Assembly: GCA_964016885.1 (NCBI GenBank)
Contig: OZ024742.1
Span: 116,870,001-116,934,000, forward strand
Origin: Eledone cirrhosa
Taxonomy: Eukaryota
Direction of reading: 5' to 3'
Length of the DNA: 64,000 nucleotides
The notes beneath the pieces were generated by a model. The model saw only the letters and a program-made list of their open reading frames with translations, had not been told where the DNA came from and made no database searches. The stretch's first letter is position 1. Each line of letters begins with the position of its first letter. The translations under genes were made by a program, and so were the position numbers. Of this stretch, positions 41,818 through 54,972 are shown one piece after another.

Positions 41818-42985
41818 TTATGTAATATTCGGCTTGTAGTGGGAAAAAAGGGTTTTAGTTCGGTGACGGCAGAATAATGTTCGTTCAATTCTGTTATTCA
41901 GCAATTTCTTCTTGTGTGTGATTATGTAATAAATCTCAAGATTACACAATTTGCAGAAATTTTGGCTCCTGGAAAAGCTTTGGGTTTTAGCTAATTTCTC
42001 CCATTTTAGGGTAAACTTTTGATCGCTATCCCTGAGCGTCCAAGATTTTTCTGCTAAAGTTGTTACATTTCTTTGGCTCTGGTGTTTTATTGAGTAAGAA
42101 TGCCTATATAATCGAGATTTAAACGATGTTGCCGTTGATGCCACATAATACCACTCGTTGCCTCCGGATTTAATGGTACACTTATAAATAATATTTTTTT
42201 CCAGGCAGTTATTGCCGAGGGGGCAGTTGTCAGGATAGGTGCAGTTACAGTTGTGTACGTTGGGTTTTCTCTGGAGTAGTATTGCGGACGAACTTAGGTG
42301 TGGTTTATTTATGTTCTGTAGTGTATTGTCTACTGTTTTTTTTGTGTTCTTTGTACTTAAGTTTTTAGTGTTTTCGTTTAACCTTCTAATATTGATCTTT
42401 TTTATGTGTTGTTCAAGGTTTAACGCTGTAGAGTATGACAGTCTTATAGTGGTAGGGTTTAGGATTTTGTGGTATTTGTGTGATGTAGGGAAGTGTCTCT
42501 TAATTATTTTAAAGAAGAGTACTGGTAAATTTGTACTAATGGAACTATTGTATTCGGGGTTATACCATAAGTACTCTTTGCATCGCTTTCTATTAGTTTT
42601 GTTTGTTGGTTTACTGGTGTGCATACTATGGTAGTAAGTGTGGTTTGGTGTTGTGTTATTATATCTACCTATGTGGGATTTATTTTGGGTGTTTTGATTG
42701 TTCCCTTCTATATACTCTATTTTGTTGAGGTGGCCTGCTTTACTAAGGGCGTTATCGTAGTACTCGGCGTGTTCCTTAAATACTTGTATGTTAGAAGATA
42801 GACCCGAGATTCTAAGGGAAATATTTTTAGGGATAGATTTAATTATAGAGATGGGGTGGTTAGACCCAACATTTACGTATTTGAGATTTTCATTCAATTT
42901 ATGAAACGGTTTAATCAGACCAGAGTTTAAATTGAGTGTGACATCCAGGAAGTTAACTACTTTAAGGTTGTATTCATATGTCATT
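41818..42985 (-). pseudogene. Penelope-like ORF fragment: RT thumb, linker, GIY-YIG endonuclease
   Basis: VNFLDVTLNL, NHP, WYNP, CNC..CPL..C, IIYKCTI...YYVAST..FKSR..H, CKLCNLE. Confidence 0.92.
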
Positions 42986-43608
42986 GAAATATTGAATGTC
43001 TGCATAACTAATACTTTGTAGATAGCAGCTGTTTTCAGGTTATGTAACTGTTATAGAAACACGTGTCAATAAATTCCTTTCAACTAAACTGTATCCATTC
43101 AAATCTTTCTATTTTTCTCCGGATTACTTTTGGAACTACAACTGGAACCGTCGAGCAAACTCTACGTGAGCTGTCAATCTACTGTGTGTAATATTTATAT
43201 TACAACACAACGGAAAATACTGTATATATATAAATATATATAGATAATGCATATCATTGTCAACTGTGTGAGCATATGGAGTCTGTCTTTTGGAATGATA
43301 ACTTCATTAGATGGGCTGCCTCCATATTAATTCTTTGTTTATATTTTGATGTAACCCAGTAGGGACTATATATTTCAGCTCAGCCACAAAAGATGTAAAT
43401 CGTCTGGTGGACTTAAGAAACATTATAGAATCCACAGAGATGGGGATGATTAGAGAAGACACTTTCCATTAATACCCTCATGAGTTAAATGTGGCCATTA
43501 TGGTGCCATGATGAAAGTCCACATTGTATAGTGGTCATGTAGGTGTTATGATAAAATTACCCAACACACACTGTAAATGTAATAGGAAATGGTGTCCAGC
43601 TAGATATA

Positions 43609-43801
43609 TGTTTATCCTGGGTTCAATCAGGCGTAACCACAGTAAGTAAGGTACTCAATACATAGCAGGGTATAAATATTTAATTTAGAAATGGCTTCTA
43701 CAGGACTAGAACTGTTTCATTCGGTAGAAATCATCAGGAAAGCCCTGATGATTTCTCCCGATTCAAACAGTTCTAGTCCTGTAGAAGCCATTTCTATATT
43801 A
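43609..43801. mobile_element. Short palindromic hammerhead element, copy 2
   Basis: Same leader and arms (43681-43737 and 43745-43801) as 29535-29726; minus-strand core intact, plus-strand GAAA mutated to CAAA. Confidence 0.85.
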
Positions 43802-44229
43802 GAAAAAAAAATATATATATATACATACATATATTCACCCTCAAGACATTGATCAGAATATATATTTATATATTCAGAAAAGCCGATGTTTCAAGAAAAC
43901 AATGAGGAATGCTTAAAGTAATATTCAAAACAAATATATATTATCAATTTTAAATTTGAATTAAGGTATGTTTTAAATTCTCTTTTCAATTGAATTTAGA
44001 GAATTATTTCTATGATAAAAATATTTACATGAATATATAAATCATACAATATTACAATGGATATTGACAAAGGAAATTGTGGGAAAAGACATTATGAAAT
44101 GTTTCCTTCTATAATAATTGAAATTTAGACAAGTGAAATGGAGTTTCAGTGGCCCAATCTTATAAGATTGGCTAGGAACATTCATATAAATTATCATATA
44201 TTGCTGGATATGAGAATGGTTAAGTGGAT

Positions 44230-44455
44230 GAGTAGAATTTAATTCAGAGAAAGCAAGACAAATAAGGAATTGCAGGAGAATGTTTTGAAGAGAAATTGAA
44301 TGAGATGGTTGGGCCACATGTTGAAGAAAGATAAAATTGAGTGAGAGCAGTGATGGAAATGTAATAAATGTGGAAGGAAGTAGAAGAGGAAGACCAAGTA
44401 AAACATAACTAAAGTTGATAGATGTAGAAACAAATGATATGGAGCTTGCAAGGCT
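44230..44455 (+). mobile_element. Degenerate RTE C-terminal fragment
   Basis: RWLGHML...NVEGSRRGRPSKT. Confidence 0.65.
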
Positions 44456-44524
44456 AACACCGTTTTTAGATGTTACAGTGGTCATAAAATGCTTGTTTCT
44501 GTAGTGTTGTAGGAAATAGATAAT

Positions 44525-44872
44525 GGAGGCACATGGCTTAGAGGTTATAGCATTGGCCTTGTAATCGAAAGGTTGTGAGTTCAATTCTCAGACCAGGTGA
44601 TGTGTTGTTTCCTTGAGCAAGACACTTTATTTCACATTGCTTCAGTTTACTCAGCTGTAGAAATGAGATGATAGGGACTGGGGTTCCTATCATTCCACTG
44701 CAAAGTGATCGTGGCTGTGCCACGGCAAAAAAGCACCCAGCACTCAATGTAAATGAGGTTGGTGTTAGGAAGGGCATCCAGCTATAGAAATCAAGCCAGT
44801 ATCAGTTCCCGTCCCACCCTTGCAAGCAGGGAAAAGCGGACGTAAAATGATGATGATGATGATAATGATGAT
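44525..44872 (+). mobile_element. Full-length tRNA-derived SINE (Meta/V-like body plus bipartite RTE 3' half)
   Basis: A box tggcttagagg, B box gagttcaattc, ccttgagcaagacactttatttc body, ggtgttaggaagggcatcca motif, tail nearly identical to RTE 37952-38020. Confidence 0.9.
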
Positions 44873-45139
44873 TCTAGCATAGGCACATGACCACATATTT
44901 GGTGAAGGAGTGTAGTTTATTATATCAACATATAGAATTGCTACCAAGCAAACAAGGAAGCTTTTATGTTTTTATTCTATATCAGAGCTCACCAACGGGT
45001 GAATCAATCTCTGGGTGTTGGACCTTTTCAATTGTTCATATAAGATATAATATAATATACATTATGAGTTTAAAAAGATAATCAAAAGTGGGCTACTACT
45101 AAAAGTAGTTGCTTATTATTTCCTTATATGTTGATATTC

Positions 45140-46112
45140 CAGCGGCTTCCAGCCTACATTAGTAATCCCCTCTCGCCTCTCAACATTCTCTACCAGACAT
45201 TTTGTCTTAGTCTCATTCATTCTCAGCCCCACACTCATTGACACAGTTTCAACTTCCTGCATCAAATCCTCTGCCTCCTTCACTGTATTTGTCACCAAAA
45301 CTATGTCGTCGGCAAATTCAGCATCCGATATCTTTTTCGCCTTAACTTTCCTGCTCTGAACTGGTGTTACAGTAAAGCCAGAGTCCTGGTGTTTCTCCAG
45401 TGCAAGGCGCATACAATAGTCCACTACTATGATAAAAAGGTAGGGAGCCAATGTATCTCCCTGGAGCACTCCAGCGAGTATCTCAAAGAACTCTGTCATC
45501 CCATCAGGTGTAATGACTTGGGCTTTGGTGTTGGTGTAGAGGAGTGATATCAGCAAAGATTGGGAATACAGAAGATAATGTGGTTGAGAGGAAGAGCAAA
45601 GCCTGGGTGGCATGGCACAGTTTGAGATCGGTGTTTGAAGTCAGACCTTCATGTAGACCTGAAGATCCGCCTCTTCATTGCTGTAATGGAGTCTGTGCTG
45701 CTGTACAGGTCTGAGACTTGGACACTGACCAAGAAACTCACTCAGATGGTGGATGGGTGCTACACGAGAATGTTGAGGATGGCTCTGAACATTAATCCGT
45801 ATACACTAAGGATGAAAAACTCAGAGCTGTATGGGAGACTCCCAAAAGTCAGCTCAAATGTGACACAGAGGAGATTGAGGTTAGCTGGACATGCTCACCG
45901 ACATCCAGAGTTGACACTGCACTCAGTGCTCCTGTGGGAGCCCCTGCATGGACACACTGGAAGAGGAAGACCAAGGTTAACGTAGTTGATGCCCTGAGGA
46001 CAGACACTGCTCTGTTGGAGACGCAGGACAAGGCAGCAATAATGAGGGACAGAGACTGCTGGAGAGAACTCGTCCATGGATCTCGGGAATTTTACCCGCC
46101 CTAGATATAGAA
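45140..46112. mobile_element. 5'-inverted non-LTR retrotransposon (RTE-group-like) with 12-bp TSD
   Basis: RT core GVLQGDTLAPYLF/FADDIVL on minus 45140-~45555; C-terminus ESVLLY.SETW/RRLRLAGH on plus ~45555-46112; atgttgatattc at 45128-45139 and 46113-46124. Confidence 0.9.
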
Positions 46113-46178
46113 ATGTTGATATTCTAACATAATTCACTCCAATAATACTTTACTATCATAGAATAGTTGGATAAATTG

Positions 46179-46368
46179 AATAATTGTTTCTACTTTTGGT
46201 ACAAGGTCAGTAATTACCCCAGTGCATTACTGGTACTTTATTTTATCGACCCTGTAAGGATGAAAGGCAAAGTTAACCTCGGCGGGATTTGAACTCAGAC
46301 CATAAAGGGCCGTAACTCTTTGCTGCAAAGCATGGCGTCCGACCCTCTACCGATACTGTAAATCCACC
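46179..46368 (-). mobile_element. Deu/Nin-domain SINE
   Basis: Matches 20450-20637. Confidence 0.9.
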
Positions 46369-47458
46369 AAATTGAGTCCTGGTATTACAATATAAATGCT
46401 TGTCATAGGACTGCTCAATTACAACTAGTACTTTATTTATGGGCATTTGGATGGATGAAATGAAAAATAAAATTTGGCAGGATAAGACCTGAAAAGATAA
46501 AATGCATGCAAATAAATACTCTTATGCATTTCATCTTAGAATTACTCCCCCAATTCTAGCATCTGTCTCTCACTCTAACAATTCTACAATCTATCAGTAA
46601 CTTCACCAATTCTACCATTCTATCGGTCATTCCATCATCATTTGTACATTGTTTTTATGCAGCATAATTTGGATGTAAACTTTTCTACAGATGTTCTTCC
46701 TGACACCAACCCATGCATTTTATTTATTTACATATGATGTATGTAATATTCATTAAAACACTACTGTGGGGAGTAATGCACATATTTGACATATACAATT
46801 GTCTCCAATTGATTTAAGCCTTATCAGTAAACTGGCATGCACACATGGAAACATACTGCATAAATTACAATGTATAAATTACAATTTTTACCCTTGAAAA
46901 TACATGAAAAAGGAGCATGTGGCTTATCTAGTCTACTTAAAAGCCCTCAATTTAAAATATACATTACATTGTAATTGTCTATAACATAGAGATGTTACTT
47001 ATCTCCTTGTGCAACTTATACATGAGTATATATGGCATATGATGGGCTTCTTTTACTGTTTCTGTTTACCAAATTCATTCTCATGATATTGGTTGGCCTA
47101 TATAACTTCCCATGTAACTAGCATCGAGTAAACCTCTGGGAAAGTTGATGAGAAAAAAACATCTATACAGGGTCGAATTACTCCTTATGTCTAAACTACA
47201 TCCACAAATCTTGATTCTTGCTGTTAACATATAAGTTGTATCTATGATATGGTACAATGTTGGGATCCTCAAATGGATTTAGATAGAGTTTGATGAAATA
47301 GACTATTGAACAAGAATGATGACCCTGCATAAGACATTATATCGAAAAGTAAGTGTGAATTGGCTGTATATGAAACACACAGTTAAAGGAAGAGGGCTAA
47401 TAACTATTGTAAATAGAATGCACATAGAAACAAGTCATTATTTATCATCTGATAAAAA

Positions 47459-47648
47459 GGGCGGTGGATGGCAATATCAGTAGAGTGTCGAACACCATGC
47501 TTTCCAGCATAGTTACGTCCCTTTACGATCTGAGTTCAAATCCCGTCGAGGTTGACTTTGCTTTTCATCCTTATGGGGTTGATAAAATAAAGTACCAGTA
47601 ATGCACTAGGTAATTGCTTGCCTTGTGCCTAAAGTAGAGACAATTATT
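47459..47648 (+). mobile_element. Deu/Nin-domain SINE
   Basis: Matches the family; flanking atctgataaa repeat as TSD. Confidence 0.9.
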
Positions 47649-47729
47649 ATATATCTGATAAATAGCAACAAAAGTCTTCTACATTATACTTCTGCAGTGG
47701 TAGGACTAGAATAAACAAAAACAGAAAAC

Positions 47730-48150
47730 ATTAAGAGAAGAGTCTCTGCTGAAAAAAGTGAAACAGTAGTAATAAAAATATTGCATAACCAATTTGAATG
47801 ATAACAATTTGAATTAACGACTGAAAGGTCTTGGGATAAGCTTTCCTGCAGTGATCCAAGAGGTGAGACTGAAGCAGTACTGATCTCGGCCAAAGACCAA
47901 GCTTTCAGCATAAGTTGGTGACATAAGAGAATCAGGGTGACAGTGTGAAGTCCCACATGTGTAGAATTAATACAGAAAGTGTTATCTATATAGTAAACAC
48001 ATACAAAATGCTGGCTCAAAAAGAGTTAAAAGAAAACACAAAGTCTGTATGTACATTTTCTGGACAATGTACAAAACATATGGCTATCAGATGTCCAATC
48101 AGAGGTATCAACCTATCCCAGAAAATGTGCTGGATGACAGACAAACATTT
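47730..48150 (+). mobile_element. Degenerate R4/Dong-like non-LTR fragment
   Basis: GETEAVLISAKDQA motif; homologous to 50940-51130 on the opposite strand. Confidence 0.6.
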
Positions 48151-48154
48151 ATAT

Positions 48155-48648
48155 ATCATCATCATTTTTTCCCTGCTTGCAAGGGCGGGACAGGTCTTCT
48201 TCAGCACAGTCTCTTTCTATTTGTACTGGTCCTTCATCATCTCCTCTGTGAGCTTCAACGATCTGAGGTCAGCTCTCACCACCTCTGCCCATGTTTTTCG
48301 TGGTTTCCCTCAACTGTGTCTTCCTTCCACTGGGATTACTTGGCACTTCTTCACCCAGTGGTCATCATCCATGCACATCACAAGGCTATAACAACATAGT
48401 CTTCTCTCCTGCACACTACAGATTATTCAACTTATACACAGTTTCTCTTTTAATTCATCCATGCTTGGTCATTCATGCCCATTGGCATTGCACATCCATC
48501 GAAACATGCTTGCTTCCTTTCTCTCCAGCCTTCGGATATCCTACACAGTTGCTATTCACGTCTCACTATCATGCAGCATCGTGCATCTCCCACAGGAATC
48601 ATACAGCCGATCTTTCATTTGTAGGGAGAAACAATTTGCTCTCAACAA
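48155..48648 (-). mobile_element. Degenerate RTE 3' fragment (family B-like)
   Basis: KKTCPALASREK end and (CAT)n tail. Confidence 0.85.
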
Positions 48649-50159
48649 TTATAGAGATGCACATATATATATGTAAAAGGTAAACAGAAATAACAACACA
48701 ATCGGTACAGTATATGAAAGGAATATATTAGGTTAATGCTTGAAATAGCAGGAAGAGGGGGTTTTAATGTTGCAACTTTAGTCCTTCATCAGAAGAAAGA
48801 ATGAGAAATAAGATAGATTGAAGGAACAGGCGGGGTGGAATTGGATAAAAATAATAGGTCCATTCATATTGACATCTCTTGGGATACTGTTGATCCTCGC
48901 ATTTTGTGTATGATTTATTTTTTTAGAAACATGGATGATGGAGCGCATCTACCTGAAATGGAAAAAATACGTTTTGTATAAAGAACTATACTTGTGCGTG
49001 TGCATATACATGTGTGTGTCTGTGTTATACATCCTTACGAATCTAAGAAGATATGTGCATATATATATACATTATGAATAAATTTAGATTAAGTTCAGAT
49101 TGTTTTTGGTTTTTCTAAATTTGTAATAGATCAAATTGTTAACCATGTTAAACAGTTCACCTCTTTACATAACTCAAAACAACCATTTAATGTGAACAGG
49201 TATTGATATCTCAACCAGTAATTTGATTGATTGTTTGAACTGAAGCTGATATTGTTAAAAATCTGTTACTAAAAATTATTACTATGAATATATACAAATA
49301 TATACACTCATGTATATATTGAGAGCAAGAGAATGAGAGAAAACAGGCAAATTATATAAAAATGTTCATTATTGATTAGCTTCACATGTTTTGTTTATAT
49401 TATTATTACTATCGTCATCATCATCATAGTTTTAGAGAAGCACTTTGATCCTAGGTTCTCAAATATTATTATTCAAAATAAAGGTTATAAATCTGAAAGA
49501 GTTATTGCTTACTGAGACTGCAATATCAACATGTTTTGTTTATCTACCATCACCGCTGCTACTACAACTACTACTACTACTACTACTACTACTACAACTA
49601 ATCAAATAAATTTAATAATGGAATAATTCAATTGTTATATTTATATTTGATTTAATTATTTGCCACTTTGTTATACCTCACAACTGCTTGCTTGTTTCCT
49701 ATAGCTATTATTATATAATCCCTTTCTTTACAGATTTTCTAATAATGATTACGAGCTTCAATGTAGAAAATTTTAGCATTCAAAACATTACCTTTTAACA
49801 TTTCTCCCACACCACTCATCTTTCCTTACAAAACAATTTTATAATTCTATTTGAATTAAATCTAATTAAGAGAGGAACAAACTCTTAACAATTTCTCGTA
49901 ATTAAATTCTCCCCAAACTAACCAAATTTCTGCAAATCTGGAACTATATTTTTCTCTAGCAGCTTTGATTGAAAGAAATACTACCAACACATGTTGAATA
50001 TTTCTCATTAGAAATCTAATTTGAAATACCAGTCAGAAATTAAAGCAGAAATTTTATTTTTTATAAGTGAATTTGTGGTTAAGAAGTTCATTTTGCAAGA
50101 ATATATATTTGGAGCCTCACCACACTATGCTCTATATGAATATAACAACTGGAATATAT

Positions 50160-50680
50160 ATATTGTTATACTTTGGGAGGCTCATGCTGCCAATAAAATA
50201 CACATGAACCTGTTGGATTTCATTAAAATTTACCAGTTGGTTAATTTAAGAACTGAATGGTTCTTTAATTGTTGTTGATTGTCAAAGTTCTTTCATCACA
50301 CATTCTGCGACCTCCTCAGTGACTACTTTTGAGTCTCGCCTTTGTTCTGTTCTACACCAACTTGTTTTTGTGAGTTGTGTACTTGGGCTGTGCATGCATT
50401 AAATCCAGGTTTGTGTGTGTTTTCATTTATTTATGTATTTTATTATATCTATTTGTTTATTCATTTATGCATTTAATTTTTTATCACTAGTTGGTTATTT
50501 GTTCTATCTGTTTGTGTCTGGTTTGTTTTATTAGTTTAGTTTTTCTGTGTCTCTGTATGTATTTAACTTGTCCTTACTTACTAAGTAGGGAGCTTGTTGC
50601 TATTCCACTCATGTTTTCTGTTTAGTTTTTGTTGGAGTTTGTTTATGCTTGTCGAAGCATTTCGTCTGTTCTGTGTGGAT
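50160..50680 (-). mobile_element. Solo pLTR-like repeat of the 53.8-55.0 kb Penelope family, with hammerhead at 50281-50323
   Basis: Aligns by eye to 53837-54345; gtca-CTGAGGA-ggtcgcagaatgtgtgat-GAAAGAACTT-tgac. Confidence 0.75.
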
Positions 50681-50689
50681 GATTTTTAT

Positions 50690-51370
50690 CTCAATGTTCT
50701 CTTGTGTGCCCCTATGTTCCATTCTGGCATTATGGTGGAGTATTGATGAGTGTTTTCTATCTTGGAGTGTTTGCCAGTGTTCTTTTATCCTTTCTTCTAT
50801 GCTACAGACTGCTGTTGCTGTCATACCATTAGTGGATCTTATTTGTCTTCTTATTCCAAAATTTGCTCCTATACATGGGGCAAGTCCAATTTGCATCATT
50901 TTCTACAATCATCATCCACTTGTCCCTGGCACCTTCATACATCTTGATCCTGTCTCTCTGGAAGCTTGGTCTTCAGTTGAGATCAACACTGCTTCAGTCT
51001 CACCTCTCAGATTGCTGCAGGAGAGCTACTTCCAAGACCTTTCAGCCTTTAATTTAAATGTTTATAATTCAAGTTGGCTATGCAATATTTTTCTCACTAC
51101 TGTTTCTATTTTCTCAGCTGAGACTCTTCTCTTAGTGTTACTACATGTCTCTCAACTATGTCTCAATTTACTTCTGCATTCATATTATTGTTTAGGATAG
51201 CTGCACTATCACAAACTCCTCTTCTAATTCAAAATAGCTATCTCCTGATCTCCACAATGTCCACTTCTGCCATCCACCCCTTTGCTTTTATCTGTCTAGC
51301 CTAGTTATTGTTTGCTTATATTGGACATATACATTTTGAGCCAGTTAGAACACTCTATATCTATATAACC
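50690..51370 (-). mobile_element. Degenerate R4/Dong-like non-LTR fragment
   Basis: GETEAVLISTEDQA motif; homologous to 47730-47930. Confidence 0.55.
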
Positions 51371-52355
51371 AGTTGGTTTTGGTCTACTTTGAATATAGCA
51401 CTCCATAACTGTCTGATGGTGTGTGCACCAGTCAATTCTAACTCTTTTTTTGTTTAGGTGGAATAATCTGCACATTTCCAGCAGTTGTGGATTACCAGTT
51501 TATATAATTAACCTTAAACTACATTTTAATGGGAAAATGCCATCTCTAACAATACACTTTGACTGGTTAACTCACGGGTAAATCAGATACAGACTAGGAA
51601 CTACTAAGCAAAGAGACTAATTAAATACATATCCTACTGCCTTTACTTCATTCAAAATCTTCACCAAATAGGATGCTACCCCTCCTACTAAAAACAAAAC
51701 TGCTTGATCTATCCAAATTATTCCATTATTCCCTTAAAACCATATGAGTCCTATTATTTTAAAAAATAGTATGAGATCATGTGTGCTTTTTAATAGATGA
51801 GTAATGCATGCACATATGTATATGTTTATATTTGTATGCAAAGAATAAAAGGAGTTGCCAAAAATTTACCTTTTGTCAAAGTGTATGAAAAACTACCCTG
51901 TGTATGGAAGTAAAACAAGCTGATGAAGTCGAATGTGGGGATATTCTCCAAAGAAATCTCTAAAGTGAGAAAATACACAGGATATCTAAGTTCCCAGAAT
52001 AAGAAGACAAGCAGAAACTTATGCGCACAGAAACAATTGTAAAGGACTCATATATATTGCCATTTGAATATTCCATTGCAATTTGTTTATATATATATAT
52101 ATTATTAAGGCCAGTTACTGCAACAGCACCATACAAGGTACATTCATTTCATTGGTTTGGAGAACCAACTTGTTCAATCTGTGCCAATGAAAGTGAACCA
52201 GAAAATGTTTATTTCATCGGCACATGATGAACAATTTGGTCCTCCAGACAAACTAAATATACATACCCAGTATTGTAGTAACTGACCACAATAATTATAT
52301 TATAACTTGCCCTATGAACTTCAGTTTCTCTCTATCTTGGATATCTTTACCAACC

Positions 52356-52414
<59 letters not shown>

Positions 52415-52418
<4 letters not shown>

Positions 52419-53696
52419 AGAAATTCCAAACATGGAAGCACGGGCTAGAATCAAAAGGCCTTAAAATTAACCGGGCTAAGACTAAAGTTCTAGTTTGTAA
52501 GAAAGAAAATAAGGCGGCGGTCCCCTCCGGGAAGTGGCCATGCGCAGAGTGTAGGAAAGGCGTAGGTAGAAATTCCATTTTGTGTCCCAAATGCAAAGTT
52601 TGGGTTCATAAAAGATGTAGTGGGATCACAGGTAAGCTAACTAAGAACATAGATTTTACATGTGGCCGGTGTTCTGGGGCAATAAGTAGCAGCAAGTGCC
52701 CACAAAATACTAGCTCTTTCAACTGCGCAGAGGGTTCTATAGAAATAGTGGACAGCTTCCGTTACCTGGGTGACAAAATCAGCAGTGGGGGAGGGTGCTC
52801 TGAAAGTACAGTAGCTAGAGTCAGAACTGGGTGGAAAAAGTTCAGAGAGCTTATACCACTATTAGCCGCTAAAGGGTTCTCCCTAAAAATGAAAGGCAGA
52901 TTGTACGATGCCTGCATACGAACAGCAATGTTGCATGGCAGTGAGACCTGGGCATTGTGTGCAGAGGATATACGCAGACTAGAGAGAAACGAAGCTTGCA
53001 TGCTCCGCTGGATGTGTAATAGTAATATACGTGAACGACAAAGCATAAACGAACTAAGGAAAAAATTAGAAATAAGAGGGATCAGATCTTGTTTACTAGA
53101 GAGAAGGCTACGTTGGTATGGTCACGTGATGCGCATGAAGGACGATAGCTGTATAACAAAGTGCAGGGCAATAAAGATAGACGGTAGCCACGGAATAGGC
53201 AGACCCAGAAAAACCTGGGACGAGCTGATAAAGTCCGACCTCACACACTTACACCTCACCAAGACAATCTCACTGGACCGAGACCTTTGGCGGTACTCAG
53301 TAATAGAGAAGACCCGCCTTACCTAAATACAAAGTAAAACCTACTACAGTCAGTAAGCATTTCTAACAAAATACACCCCCGTCCCACCACCCCTACCCCA
53401 TCCACACCGCCCCCTTCTATGTAAAGTTATGTTGGTGCCACACCATCCAGGCCGAAACAAATGAGATCGTGTAGGTGTCACGACAAAAAAACACACAGTC
53501 CACGCTGTAATGTGGCCGTGTAGGCAACACGGTAAAAACCTCCCAGACCCACACTGTAAATGTGGTTGGTGTTAGGAAGGGCATCCAACTGTAGAAAACC
53601 TGCCAGACAGTCCTATGCGAGCAAGACAATCACTCTTGCCTCAAGTGGGAAAACCCCCGTCCAAACCCATGCAAGCGTGGAACACGGACGTTAAAC

Positions 53697-53729
<33 letters not shown>
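52415..53729 (+). mobile_element. 5'-truncated RTE LINE (family A) with an open C-terminal frame and long 3' UTR
   Basis: ORF to 53326; near-identical to 16053-17346. Confidence 0.97.
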
Positions 53730-53795
53730 ATAAACGGAAAAATGAAACGAAATTTCATTTCTCACTCTTGGTACGGCTGTTTGTTACTTAAATAC
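53729..53795. repeat. Terminal fragment of the 26 kb retrozyme-like element
   Basis: taaacggaaaaatgaaacgaaatttcatttctcactctt.gtacggctgtt matches 26450-26510. Confidence 0.8.
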
Positions 53796-53806
53796 ATATA
53801 TACTTA

Positions 53807-53836
<30 letters not shown>

Positions 53837-53843
<7 letters not shown>

Positions 53844-54972
53844 ATACTTTGAGAGGGTCATGTTGCCAATAAGAAACACACACACCAGTTGCTTTCACTT
53901 CAATTTATTATAATAAATTTATAAATTTAGGAATTTATAAATTTCCGGTTGGTTGGCTGGTTCCACAACCAGATGGTTATTTATATATTGTCAAAGTTCT
54001 TTCGTCACACATTCTGTTACCTCTTCAGTGACTAGGGATTATTTTCTTTGTTTTTGTGCTTCTCCTTTGTTCTGTCCTATGCCATCTTGTTTTTGTGTGT
54101 GTGTTGTGTGCTTAGTTTGCGCATGTGTTACATCCGAGTGTCTGTGTGTGTTTATATTTGTTTATTTATTTGTTCATTTACATGTTACTGGTTGGTTTGT
54201 TCTATGTGCGTGTGTGTTTTCATTTTGTCCTTAATTGTAAGTTGTGATGTTGCTGTTCCACTCATGTTTTCTATTTAATTTTGGTTGGAGTTCATTTATG
54301 TTTATTGCCTCTGTGATTTGTCTAAACATTGCGTCTTTTTATTTCTATGCTCTCTAAACATAAACTCAATATTAAGATAGTAGAAAGACCAGGAACCTCC
54401 ATAAAAACACTTATTAGCAAGACATACCCTTTTCAAAGACCTCCTTGTATAGATAAGAAATGTATAATCTGTAAATTAAGCCCCCATATTAACTGTAAAA
54501 CTAGAAATGTAGTATATAGCATAACATGTACTGAAGGACAATGTAGAGATAAACATATAGTGTACATAGGTGAGACAGCTCGTATTATAGGGAAACGGAT
54601 AAATGAACACTGGTGAGACCTTCAAGATAGTAAAGAATCATCTGTACTCTACCAACATGCTAAAATAGAACATAAGGGTAAATTAGAGAGCATAGAAATA
54701 AAAATACAGACACCCGGAATGCGCAAACTAAGCACACAACACACACACAAAAACAAGATCACTTAGGACAGAACAAAGGAGAGGCACAAAAACAAAGAAA
54801 AGAATCCCCAGTCACTGAAGAGGTCACAGAATGTGTGACGAAAGAACTTTGACAATATAACCGGAAATTTATAAATTCCTAAATTTATAAATTTATTATA
54901 ATAAATTGAAGTGAAAGCAACTGGTGCGTGTGTTTCTTATTGGCAACATGACCCTCCCAAAGTATAACAATA
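53837..54972 (+). mobile_element. Penelope-like remnant: GIY-YIG fragment between inverted pLTRs
   Basis: CKTRNVVYSITC...VYIGETAR..GKRINEH at 54345-54710; 53837-54136 inverted at 54710-54972. Confidence 0.9.
54811..54853 (+). ncRNA. Minimal type I hammerhead ribozyme (other copies on minus at 53990-54032, 56069-56111, 50281-50323)
   Basis: gtca-CTGAAGA-g gtcaca gaatg tgtgac-GAAAG-AA-CTT-tgac. Confidence 0.7.

Larger units (their letters stand above)
40768..43190 (-). mobile_element. 5'-truncated Penelope-like element with an inverted partial pLTR
   Basis: ORF 41818-~42985; 40768-40898 recurs inverted at 42982-43112. Confidence 0.92.

Noticed and set aside
44525-44600. SINE heads as tRNA genes
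   Set aside because: No complete cloverleaf, and they continue into SINE bodies
48910-48975. Minus-strand ttttttccatttCAG|GTAGAT and plus-strand tttttttAG-aaacATG
   Set aside because: GTAGAT is a weak donor and the strand conflicts with the 24.7 kb site; the plus-strand mini-ORF stops after 16 codons with no good donor
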